Shown here piece by piece: positions 1 to 9,159 of a stretch of DNA of 64,000 nt. Under the pieces are notes generated by a model. The model was not told the origin of the DNA. It did no database searches and saw only the letters and a list, made by a program, of their open reading frames with translations. How positions within the stretch are numbered: position 1 is the first letter of the stretch; every line of letters starts with the position of its first letter. This DNA comes from Parcubacteria group bacterium. GTDB taxonomy: Bacteria; Patescibacteriota; Minisyncoccia; Moranbacterales; UBA2206. Location: contig JBAYLE010000001.1 in the NCBI GenBank assembly GCA_041664225.1, forward strand, positions 4,939 to 68,938. The letters run 5' to 3'. Both the position numbers and the translations under genes were made by a program.

Positions 1-1323
1 AGAATTCCGGATGTTTTAGATACCTGGTTTGACAGCGGTTCGATGCCATACGCTCAAATGCATTACCCCTTTGAAAATCAGGAAAAATTCGAAAAAGGTT
101 TTCCGGCGGAATTTATCGCCGAAGGCGTCGATCAGACGCGCGCCTGGTTTTATTATCTGCATGTTATTGGAACGGCCATCAAGGATTCAAGAGCTTTTAA
201 CAATGTCATCGTGAACGGTATTGTTGTCGGTGAAGACGGCAAAAAATTAGCTAAACGTTTACAAAACTATCCAGATCCGATGGCGATGTTTGAAAAATAC
301 GGCGCGGATGCTTTGCGTTTTTATCTTATGTCCTCACCGGTTGTAGCGGCAGAAAATTTAAGTTTTAAAGAGTCAGACGTGGCTGACTTGGTGCGCGGCA
401 TGTTCCGAATGCTGTGGAATTCGTATTCGTTTTTCGTGTTGTATGCCAATATTGATAAGTTTCAAACTCAAAGCGAAAAGTTAAAAGTGAATAATCTTCT
501 CGACAAATGGATTATTTCTGAATTAAATTCATTGATAAAAGAAACAAATGTCGCTATGGAAAATTACGAGCTCAACAAGGCTTGTAGATTACTTCCAAAA
601 TTTATTGATAATCTTTCCAACTGGTACATCCGCCGCAGTCGAAAAAGATTTTGGAAAAGCGAAGATGACAATGATAAAAATGAAGCGTACCAAACTTTAT
701 ATACAGTTCTGCTGGAGCTGTCCAAATTAATGGCGCCATTTACACCTTTTGTCGCGGAAGAAATTTATAAAAATCTGACTGGCGAGGAATCAGTGCATTT
801 AGTGGATTTCCCAATGGCGAATGAAACATTAATTGATGAAAAATTAAATGAAGAAATGGAAACCGCGAGGAATATAATTACCCAAGCCTTGCAATTGCGC
901 GCCAAAGCGGGGATAAAAGTACGCCAGCCACTGTCGGAATTGCGGATTAAAAACTGCGAATTACGAAAAGAATTCGCTGATATTATAAAAGAGGAGGTTA
1001 ATGTTAAAGAAGTTATTGCTGATAAAAATAATGTTGAAGAAATTAAATTAAATACGGAAATTACTGAAGATTTGAGGCTCGAAGGCCAGGCTCGTGAAGT
1101 TATCCGCTTTGTTCAAGAAATGAGAAAAGAAGCTGGCTATGAGGTGGATAATCGCATCAAGGCGGCTTATTCTGGTGGGGACAAAATCTTTGCTAAGTTT
1201 GGAGATCTCATTCAAAGAGAGACACTTGCCACGGAATTTAGTTCTGGTAAGATAGAACAGGCTGATTTGGAAAAAGAATTCAGCTTGGATGGCGAAAGAA
1301 TAGAAATTTCGATAAAAAGATAA
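1..1323 (+). CDS. ileS: Isoleucyl-tRNA synthetase, type 2 (5'-truncated by window edge)
   Basis: Frame open from base 1: RIPDVLDTWFDSGSMP, FIAEGVDQTRAWFY, GADALR, LSNWYIRRSR; KMSKS position reads KLAKR. Confidence 0.97.
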   Translation, partial: RIPDVLDTWFDSGSMPYAQMHYPFENQEKFEKGFPAEFIAEGVDQTRAWFYYLHVIGTAIKDSRAFNNVIVNGIVVGEDGKKLAKRLQNYPDPMAMFEKYGADALRFYLMSSPVVAAENLSFKESDVADLVRGMFRMLWNSYSFFVLYANIDKFQTQSEKLKVNNLLDKWIISELNSLIKETNVAMENYELNKACRLLPKFIDNLSNWYIRRSRKRFWKSEDDNDKNEAYQTLYTVLLELSKLMAPFTPFVAEEIYKNLTGEESVHLVDFPMANETLIDEKLNEEMETARNIITQALQLRAKAGIKVRQPLSELRIKNCELRKEFADIIKEEVNVKEVIADKNNVEEIKLNTEITEDLRLEGQAREVIRFVQEMRKEAGYEVDNRIKAAYSGGDKIFAKFGDLIQRETLATEFSSGKIEQADLEKEFSLDGERIEISIKR

Positions 1324-1364
1324 AAAGGAAAAAGGAGGGAAAGTTCTTGAAATTAAAAAAGACG

Positions 1365-1643
1365 ATGGGGGATATCAACGGGATAATCAAAAATAATCCT
1401 TTTGAGATCAAGACGTTAGTATTGGCTGTAGTCTTCGCGCTGACTGCAATTTGTTTGAATGTTTTTTTGCCTTCAGTTGTTGTGATCATTTTTCCAATTG
1501 TTGCTTTTGTAGCAGGGGCGGCTATTCCGTTTTTTTATCTATTATTGAAAGGCATTACGGAACACAAGAAAGATGAAAAACAACTAAGGAAGGAAACTGA
1601 ACTTAGAGAAAAGTCAGGATACAAAAGGAACGGAGCAAGTTAA
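1365..1643 (+). CDS. Small membrane protein (2 TM), hypothetical
   Basis: ORF with two hydrophobic segments and charged C-tail; ATG 1365 preferred over TTG 1347; followed by terminator. Confidence 0.6.
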   Translation: MGDINGIIKNNPFEIKTLVLAVVFALTAICLNVFLPSVVVIIFPIVAFVAGAAIPFFYLLLKGITEHKKDEKQLRKETELREKSGYKRNGAS

Positions 1644-1665
1644 AAGTAGAAATAAAAATGGGTTG

Positions 1666-1694
1666 AAGGCTGCGTTTTTTTTGCAGCCTTTTTT
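1666..1694 (+). terminator. Intrinsic terminator
   Basis: AAGGCTGC...GCAGCCTT hairpin followed by T tract. Confidence 0.7.
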
Positions 1695-1733
1695 ATTTTT
1701 TCTTAAATTTAATAATTTCTGTATAATAAACAC

Positions 1734-2450
1734 ATGGACTACAAATATACCGGCATCATCCTGAATAAAAAAAATGTGGCCGAAACTGATCGTATTTATA
1801 CCATATATACCCAGGAAGCTGGAAAGATCAGAGTTTTGGGCAAGGGTGTTAGAAGGCCCAATGCTAAATTGGCTGGCAATCTCGAATCGCTAACTATGGC
1901 GGAAATTTTTGTCGCCAAAAGCCGGGGGATAGGTAAGATAACCGGCGCTATCGTTCTGGATAATTTTCTTGGAACAAAATCAAATCTAGACGCGCTAGGC
2001 AGGGTTGGAGATATTTTTAAAATTTTTGGGAAAATCATGGCTGAGCAAGAAAAGGATGAGCAGATTTTTGAAATTTTGGCGGGTTTTTTGACGAGTATGG
2101 ATAAATTGAGCGCGGAGGAAACTAGTGGTCGCAAAATGGATATTCTGTCCTTGGGTTTTTTGTTCAAGCTTCTGGGGGAAATGGGATATCGGCTGGAAGT
2201 GGGAAAATGCGTAAATTGTGGAGCTAAACTTCAACCGGAAAATAATTATTTTAGTCCGGCCAAGGGGGGCGTTTTGTGCGAAAGATGCCATACCGTAGAA
2301 AATAAAAGGCTTAAAATAAGCACTGAATCCATAAAACTAGTCAGAATTTTTATGAAGAATAAAATAGAAAATTTGGCGAAATTACAAGTGAGTCAAAAAG
2401 ATGTCAATAATCTCAAGGTTATCGTGCAAGAATCGATAAATTGGCTGTAG
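1734..2450 (+). CDS. recO: DNA repair protein RecO
   Basis: ETDRIYTIYT..GKI..KGVRRP N-terminal OB fold; CVNC...CERC zinc finger; TATAAT 6 nt before ATG (leaderless-like). Confidence 0.93.
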   Translation: MDYKYTGIILNKKNVAETDRIYTIYTQEAGKIRVLGKGVRRPNAKLAGNLESLTMAEIFVAKSRGIGKITGAIVLDNFLGTKSNLDALGRVGDIFKIFGKIMAEQEKDEQIFEILAGFLTSMDKLSAEETSGRKMDILSLGFLFKLLGEMGYRLEVGKCVNCGAKLQPENNYFSPAKGGVLCERCHTVENKRLKISTESIKLVRIFMKNKIENLAKLQVSQKDVNNLKVIVQESINWL

Positions 2451-2518
2451 GCTACTTTTCTTGCGGTTTGAAAAATAACGTCATTTCTGGTATTATTTAA
2501 TTGCAATAAAACAAAATT

Positions 2519-4420
2519 ATGTCGCTATCGGAAATAAAAAATAAACTATATTCAAAAGAAAAGGATGAAGACTTGTCACGACATAGTCAGAACGAGTTTG
2601 ATATCCAGGCTGCCATAAAAAAAGAGCAACCAGTCGTGTCCGGTGGCGATGTTTGGGAAGAAAGAAGTAGCGGATTGAGTAGCGAGCAAAAAAAAGCTTT
2701 TAAAATAGGCGCCTGGGCGGTTGTCGGAATTATTATTTTAACACTAGCGGTTTTTGGTATTTATAGATATATGCAATCTGCTTTCACGGAAGAGAGAGTG
2801 ATAACTAAAATTGATGGACCGGCTAGCGTTTCGAGCGGTGAGTTGCTGACATATGAAATTAGTTATACAAATAATAATCGAGTGGCACTTTCGGGCGCGA
2901 TTGTCCGGATTACTTATCCGGAAAGTTTCAAACCGGGGGAAAATACTAATTTTAAAATCGAAGGCCAAACAAGTGGAGTTTTCACAATCGGAGATATCTC
3001 CGGAAATAGCGGTGGCAAAGTTATTTTGAACGGAAATGTTTATAGCCCAAAAGGAACATTGATGTATATAAAAACCGATTTGATTTATACGCCTTCCAAC
3101 TTTAATAGCCAATTTGACTCCAAAAACCAGATGGGTGTTAATGTTAATACTTCACCCATCGATTTGGAAATTTTAGCGCCACAAAAAATATCTAGCGGAG
3201 ATTCAGTAGATTACCAAATAAACTATACCAATACTGGGAAGGAAGATTTTGATAATATTAAAGTGAGAGTTGAGTATCCGGATACTTTTATTTTTTCCCG
3301 AGCAAATCCGGCGGCTTCTGAAGAAAATAACATTTGGTATATTGGGCATCTGGCAGCCGGCCAATCAGGGAAAATTGTAGCCAGTGGCAGGCTTAATGGC
3401 GGCCGCGATGAAGTGAAAAATGTCAAAGCTTTTATTGGTACAAGCTACCAGACTCAGTTTGTCGGTTATAGCGAAGAACAGACTTCAACTGCGATGGTGG
3501 TACCGCCGATTGAAATTACCCAGTCGGTCAATGGTTTGAACGAGTATGTTACCAAATCTGGAGATAATCTGATGTTCCACATAACATACAAAAATAATGG
3601 GGATATAGACCTGAGAAATGTTGTTTTGAACGAGAAAATAGACAGTCCGATTCTGGATTATGCTTCGCTAACTCTGAAAAAGGGGGCGTTTGACCAAAAT
3701 AGCCATATGATTACATGGAAGGGCGTAGACGACCCGTCTTTAAAAAATTTGGCTGCTGGCCAGTCCGGGAAAGTCGAATTTTCTATCAAAGTCAAAAATG
3801 TGATACCGATAACGACCGCCAATGACAAAAATTATGTGATTTCGGCCACCGCCAAAATAGACAGTCCTGACATTCAGACTCCGATTAACTCCAATAAAAT
3901 TGTTTCCGGAAATAATATTGATATAAAGTTGAATTCAAAACTCGTATTTGACATGAAGGGATATTATAATGATTCGGCAATTTCTAATTCAGGGCCTATC
4001 CCTCCGAAAGTTGGCGTGGCAACCACTTATACTATCCACTGGAAAGCTATCAATGTCTCTAACGATATAAGCGACGCTAAGGTAAGCGCGACTCTGCCGA
4101 CGGGGGTAACGATGACGGGCAAAATTTCTCCAGATGACGGCAAATTAACCTATAATTCCAGAGACAACAGCGTGCTTTGGGATATCGGGAATATTCCAGC
4201 CGGAACAGGAATACTTAATGCTCCATTGGAAATTGCTTTTCAGGTGCAAGTGACGCCGGCGCTTAATCAACTTGATAATGAAGTGATTCTGGTCAACCCG
4301 GTGACTTTTTCCGCTAAAGATTTATTCACTGGCAATAATCTATCGGTATCTACGGAAAAGAAAAGCACTCTCTTGATTGAGGACGCAGGTATCGGCACAG
4401 GCTATAAGGTGGTTAATTAG
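2519..4420 (+). CDS. Membrane-anchored surface protein with repeated DUF11/Ig-like beta domains
   Basis: Single TM near aa 62-83, then repeated SG(E/D)x(L/V)xYxIxYxN motifs. Confidence 0.75.
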   Translation: MSLSEIKNKLYSKEKDEDLSRHSQNEFDIQAAIKKEQPVVSGGDVWEERSSGLSSEQKKAFKIGAWAVVGIIILTLAVFGIYRYMQSAFTEERVITKIDGPASVSSGELLTYEISYTNNNRVALSGAIVRITYPESFKPGENTNFKIEGQTSGVFTIGDISGNSGGKVILNGNVYSPKGTLMYIKTDLIYTPSNFNSQFDSKNQMGVNVNTSPIDLEILAPQKISSGDSVDYQINYTNTGKEDFDNIKVRVEYPDTFIFSRANPAASEENNIWYIGHLAAGQSGKIVASGRLNGGRDEVKNVKAFIGTSYQTQFVGYSEEQTSTAMVVPPIEITQSVNGLNEYVTKSGDNLMFHITYKNNGDIDLRNVVLNEKIDSPILDYASLTLKKGAFDQNSHMITWKGVDDPSLKNLAAGQSGKVEFSIKVKNVIPITTANDKNYVISATAKIDSPDIQTPINSNKIVSGNNIDIKLNSKLVFDMKGYYNDSAISNSGPIPPKVGVATTYTIHWKAINVSNDISDAKVSATLPTGVTMTGKISPDDGKLTYNSRDNSVLWDIGNIPAGTGILNAPLEIAFQVQVTPALNQLDNEVILVNPVTFSAKDLFTGNNLSVSTEKKSTLLIEDAGIGTGYKVVN

Positions 4421-4425
4421 TAAAA

Positions 4426-5655
4426 ATGTTTGAATTAATCGCGAGAAAACCTGCCCGTCCGGCAGGCGGGGAAAAAACTAGGACTGGCAAAATAAAAACA
4501 AAAAACGGAGAAATATTCACTCCGTTTTTTATGCCTGACGCGACGCGTGGCTTTGTAAAGTCTTTAAGCAAAAATGATCTTGAAAAAATCGGAGTCAAGC
4601 CGATGGTGGTGAATACTTATCATTTATATTTGCAACCCGGAACTGAGCTCATTAAAAAAGCTGGAGGCATTCACAAATTTATGCACTGGGACGCGCCGCT
4701 GCTTTCTGATTCGGGAGGATATCAAATTTTTTCCTTGATTCACAAAAATCCGCAGAATGGGAAAATTACCGATGAAAAAGCGGTGTTTAAATCTCCTCTA
4801 GACGGTTCGATGCACGAGATAACTCCGGAAAAATCTATCCAAATCCAGTTTGACCTGGGCGTGGATATGATGGTGGTTTTGGATGATGTGCCGCCCAACA
4901 ATTATTCCAAAGAAAAAATCAAAGACGCTGTTGAGCGGACGATTAAGTGGGCGGAGCGATGTATGATTGAATATAAAAAACAGTTGAAAATTAGAAAAAT
5001 AAAAAAGGAAGAAAGGCCGCTGATTTTTTGTGTTATCCAGGGCGGAGCATATGCTGATTTAAGAAAAATGTGCGCGGATAAATTAATCAAGATTGGACTC
5101 TCCGCCAAAGGCGGACCAGCCGTAGGCTGGGATGGCTACGGTTTTGGTGCCAGGCACATTGACGCGGAAGGCAATTTAATGGAAGAAGTCGTACGCGAAA
5201 CTGCCGAACTGATTCCGGAAAATTCCTTGCGTTTTGCGTTGGGAGTCGGCACGCCGGAGGATATCGTGAAATTTGTTTCTTTAGGCTGGGATTGTTTCGA
5301 TTGCGTGATTCCGACGAGAGAGGGAAGACATGGCCGATTGTTTCTCTGGGAGAAACAATCGGAATTTCCAATTTCCAAATCCCAATTTCCAAATAAAATC
5401 CAATCCCGAGTACTCGGGACAAAATCCAAAATAAAAAAGTCATTTTACAAGACAATCAATATTAATAATGAATGTTTTAAAGATGATTTTTCGCCGGTTG
5501 ATATAAATTGCAGTTGCGAACTCTGCCGAAATCATACCCGCGCCTATCTCAAACATCTTTTTGCTACAGGCGATCCGCTGGCGATGCGCTTAGCTTCAAT
5601 GCACAATTTGAAATTCTATCTTGACCTTATGAAAAAATTGCGGGATAATGCCTAA
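4426..5655 (+). CDS. tgt: tRNA-guanine transglycosylase
   Basis: TPFFMP, NTYHL, DSGGYQIFSL, DCVIPTREGRHG, CSCELC..H zinc site; three in-frame insertions. Confidence 0.95.
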   Translation: MFELIARKPARPAGGEKTRTGKIKTKNGEIFTPFFMPDATRGFVKSLSKNDLEKIGVKPMVVNTYHLYLQPGTELIKKAGGIHKFMHWDAPLLSDSGGYQIFSLIHKNPQNGKITDEKAVFKSPLDGSMHEITPEKSIQIQFDLGVDMMVVLDDVPPNNYSKEKIKDAVERTIKWAERCMIEYKKQLKIRKIKKEERPLIFCVIQGGAYADLRKMCADKLIKIGLSAKGGPAVGWDGYGFGARHIDAEGNLMEEVVRETAELIPENSLRFALGVGTPEDIVKFVSLGWDCFDCVIPTREGRHGRLFLWEKQSEFPISKSQFPNKIQSRVLGTKSKIKKSFYKTININNECFKDDFSPVDINCSCELCRNHTRAYLKHLFATGDPLAMRLASMHNLKFYLDLMKKLRDNA

Positions 5656-5657
5656 CT

Positions 5658-6935
5658 ATGAAAAAGACAGAACTTCTTGCTCCCGCTGGGAGCCCGGAAA
5701 AATTGAAATATGCGATTCAATACGAGGCGGACGCGGTTTATTGCGGCCTACCCGATTTTTCTATGCGCCGGCGGATTAACAGTTTCTCGGAAAAAACGCT
5801 GGCTGAGGCGGTAAAATTTGCGCATGCGAGAAAAAAGAAAATTTATGTGACGGTAAATACTTATCCGCATAATGATCAATTTACTTTGATTGCTAAACAT
5901 CTGAAATTTTTGGCAAAAATAAAACCGGACGCGATCATTATTTCAGATCCCGGCGTTTTGGAATTGGCGAAAAAAAATGCGCCGGGAATTCCGGTTCATC
6001 TTTCTACGCAGGCTAACGCCATTAATTGGCAGGCGGTGAAATTTTGGGCTGCTCAGGGAGTAGAGAGAGTTATCTTGGCGCGTGAAGTTACCTTAGCGGA
6101 AATAAAAGAAATTCATGAGAAAGTTCCGGAGGTGGAACTGGAGTGTTTTGTGCATGGCGCGATGTGTATGAGTTATTCCGGTCGCTGTATTTTGAGCGCT
6201 TGGATGACGGGGCGCAGTGCCAATTTGGGGGATTGCGCGCAGCCGTGCCGGTGGAAATATGGTCGCGTAACGCATAATGTGGAACGTGAAACGCTATTGA
6301 TGAGTATCGAAGATGAAAAGAAAAAATTCGAAATTGATTTGGAGGAGGACAAAAATGGAACCTATTTTTTCAACAGTCAGGATATGAATTTATTGGAGCA
6401 TTTGGACAAGCTGAAAAAAGCGGGAATAATTTCTTTCAAAATCGAAGGCAGAAATAAAAGCGTATATTATGTCGCCACGGTTTGCCGAGCCTATCGCAAA
6501 GTGTTGGACGCGTTGGCGAAAAAAGTTGTGGCCAAGAAACTTAAAAAAATTATTGAGGATCAACAAAAAGAATTAGGGAAGCTTATGCATCGAGGATATA
6601 CCAATGGTTTTTTGTTTGGGCATGATCCGAAACATGATTTTAAAAAATCGCACAAAAAGTGTGATTACGAATTTGTCGGCGAAGTAGTTGAAAGTTGGGG
6701 AAAAACCCTGACTGTCCAGGTTCATAATGCAATCAATCTGAAAGATAAAATAGAAGTTATAGATCCGAACAAAAATACACCAATCAAGATTAAAAAAATT
6801 TTTAATCAGGACAAAAAAGAAGTAAAATCCGCTCATGGTGGCCATGACCAGCTGTATTTTTTCAAAATAGACAAGGAAAAAATAAAACAGGGGGCACTGC
6901 TGCGTAGGGTTGTAAAAATGATAAAAACGAGTTAA
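5658..6935 (+). CDS. Peptidase U32 family protein (TrhP-like tRNA hydroxylation)
   Basis: ELLAPAG, HLSTQAN, ELECFVHGAMCMSYSGRC, GDCAQPCRWKY, KIEGR. Confidence 0.9.
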   Translation: MKKTELLAPAGSPEKLKYAIQYEADAVYCGLPDFSMRRRINSFSEKTLAEAVKFAHARKKKIYVTVNTYPHNDQFTLIAKHLKFLAKIKPDAIIISDPGVLELAKKNAPGIPVHLSTQANAINWQAVKFWAAQGVERVILAREVTLAEIKEIHEKVPEVELECFVHGAMCMSYSGRCILSAWMTGRSANLGDCAQPCRWKYGRVTHNVERETLLMSIEDEKKKFEIDLEEDKNGTYFFNSQDMNLLEHLDKLKKAGIISFKIEGRNKSVYYVATVCRAYRKVLDALAKKVVAKKLKKIIEDQQKELGKLMHRGYTNGFLFGHDPKHDFKKSHKKCDYEFVGEVVESWGKTLTVQVHNAINLKDKIEVIDPNKNTPIKIKKIFNQDKKEVKSAHGGHDQLYFFKIDKEKIKQGALLRRVVKMIKTS

Positions 6936-6956
6936 AATTGAATAAAATACAATATT

Positions 6957-8357
6957 ATGGCTACAAAAGAACTAAATTCTATGGAAAAAATCGTCTCTCT
7001 TTGTAAAAGGCGGGGGTTTGTGTTCCCGTCCTCGGAAATTTATGGGGGACTCGCGGCGATTTATGATTATGGCCATTACGGGACACTGCTCAAAAACAAC
7101 ATTTGTGATGAGTGGTGGAAGCATATGGTGCAATATCGAGACGACGTAGTGGGACTCGACAGCGCGATCTTCATGCATCCAACTACCTGGAAGGCTTCCG
7201 GGCACATCGACAGTTTTGACGATCCACAGATTGATTGTAAAAAATGCAAAGCCCGGATGCGTGCTGATCATGTGCTGGAACTCTTTGGAATTAGCGCCGA
7301 CAAACAGCCGCTGGATTTTATTAATATTGAACTAAAAAAACTGAGAGAATTGGGAAAATTAAAATGTCAGAGTTGTGGCTCGGCAGATTTGACCGAAGCC
7401 AAAAGATTTTCTTTGATGGTAAAATCTAATCTGGGTTCCCCCACTGATGCGCTTTCCGAGGAACATGTAGTGTATTTGCGTCCGGAAACTTGCGGAGGAA
7501 TATATCTCGAATACAAAAACACGCTGGATTCCACGCGCGTGAAACTGCCGTTCGGCATTGCCCAAGTCGGAAAAGCTTTTCGCAATGAAATCATCGCCCG
7601 CCAGTTTATTTTTCGCACGCGTGAATTTGAACAGATGGAGATGCAATATTTTTTGCATCCCAAGGATATGAATGAGAAATATGAAATGTGGAAAGACACA
7701 CGCTGGAGATGGTATTTAGAATATGGAATCGGAGAAAAAGATATCCGTTGGTATGAACATGAAAAATTGGCGCATTACGCTTCGCAAGCTTATGATGTGG
7801 AATATAATTTCAAGTCGCTGGGCGGATTCAAAGAAGTGGAGGGCATTCACGCGCGCGGTGACTGGGATCTTTCGCAACACTCGAAATTTTCCGGAGTTGA
7901 TCTCTCGTATCTTGACGAAAAGACCGGGGAAAAATTTATTCCGCACATTATGGAAACTTCGGTGGGGCTCAATAGACTATTTTTTATGTTTATTGACAAG
8001 GCCTATACGGAAGAAAAAACTGGTGGAGAAATCAGGACCATGCTCAAGCTGGACAAACGGCTGGCGCCGATCAAAGTCGCCATTTTCCCGCTGTTGCGCA
8101 ACAAGCCGGAATTGGTGGCCAAGGCCAGAGAAATTTACGAAAGTCTCAAACCACAGTTTATGTGCGAATTTGATGACAATGGAAATGTCGGTAAAAGATA
8201 CAGAAGGCAGGACGAAATCGGGACGCCATATTGCGTGACAGTGGATTTTGACACCCTAGAAGACAGTGCCGTTACTGTGCGCGACCGGGATACGATGCAA
8301 CAGGAGAGGGTAAAAATTGAAGAATTAAAAAATTATTTTAGTGAAAAATTAAACTAA
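6957..8357 (+). CDS. glyQS: Glycyl-tRNA synthetase (dimeric type)
   Basis: CKRRGFVFPSSEIYGG, YLRPET, GKAFRNEI, FRTREFEQME, GKRYRRQDEIGTPYCVTVD. Confidence 0.97.
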   Translation: MATKELNSMEKIVSLCKRRGFVFPSSEIYGGLAAIYDYGHYGTLLKNNICDEWWKHMVQYRDDVVGLDSAIFMHPTTWKASGHIDSFDDPQIDCKKCKARMRADHVLELFGISADKQPLDFINIELKKLRELGKLKCQSCGSADLTEAKRFSLMVKSNLGSPTDALSEEHVVYLRPETCGGIYLEYKNTLDSTRVKLPFGIAQVGKAFRNEIIARQFIFRTREFEQMEMQYFLHPKDMNEKYEMWKDTRWRWYLEYGIGEKDIRWYEHEKLAHYASQAYDVEYNFKSLGGFKEVEGIHARGDWDLSQHSKFSGVDLSYLDEKTGEKFIPHIMETSVGLNRLFFMFIDKAYTEEKTGGEIRTMLKLDKRLAPIKVAIFPLLRNKPELVAKAREIYESLKPQFMCEFDDNGNVGKRYRRQDEIGTPYCVTVDFDTLEDSAVTVRDRDTMQQERVKIEELKNYFSEKLN

Positions 8358-8358
8358 A

Positions 8359-9159
8359 ATGGATATCTTCGAACAATTAAAAAACACAGATCCTTACGCC
8401 CAGGAGGGAAAGGATATGGCTGATGCGGCTGTCGCTGAAATTAGGGAAAGGATAAAGGACCAAATCTTGTTCCTTAAAGAAAATTCACAGGATCCCAATA
8501 TAAAGAATCATTTGAAGATGGTAAACAAAGAAAACTGGGATGCTCTGCTAGGCGGCCTTTCAAATCAGGACATCATCGACTTCAACGAGGTTATCTTAAA
8601 AAGAAATTGGAAGCAATATTTAGAGAGGAATAAGGAAGAAATGCTAACAAAATATTATCAAGAAAAATTTGAAAACAAAAGTGACAAACTTCTGGCCAAA
8701 GACGCAACGATGTCAAATCCCGCAGATGAATTTCGTTTCTCTTTTAGGGCTATGATAAAACATTATGCCAGAAACTGCGAGATTGATGAAGAAACGAAAA
8801 AAAGGGAAAAAGAAAGAGATGAATTAAAAAAGACTTTTCAGAAAAAGTTGGAAGATATAAGAGGCGATCGGCCGCACGTAGTGGCCGTGATTGAAGAGCT
8901 AGACATGGATATGTTGCGCAAAGCTGATTACGAGGTGATTATAAATCTGGACAAACAGCATTTTCAAGGCTATGAAGAAAAGTTAAAAAACTATTTCAGC
9001 ATGAAAGTTGGCAGCACGAGGGAAGCGCGCCCGGAGGATATAAAAGCAGAGATCATAAGGGAAGATCCTCGATTTAAGTATTACTGCGCCCTGAGAACGG
9101 CGCTTGGGATGAAGGGTCCGTGCACTCCAGAAATTTTTTTAAACAATCAAAGAATATGA
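8359..9159 (+). CDS. Hypothetical protein
   Basis: 266-aa charged ORF packed between glyQS and pepA (ATGA overlap); no recognisable motif. Confidence 0.7.
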   Translation: MDIFEQLKNTDPYAQEGKDMADAAVAEIRERIKDQILFLKENSQDPNIKNHLKMVNKENWDALLGGLSNQDIIDFNEVILKRNWKQYLERNKEEMLTKYYQEKFENKSDKLLAKDATMSNPADEFRFSFRAMIKHYARNCEIDEETKKREKERDELKKTFQKKLEDIRGDRPHVVAVIEELDMDMLRKADYEVIINLDKQHFQGYEEKLKNYFSMKVGSTREARPEDIKAEIIREDPRFKYYCALRTALGMKGPCTPEIFLNNQRI

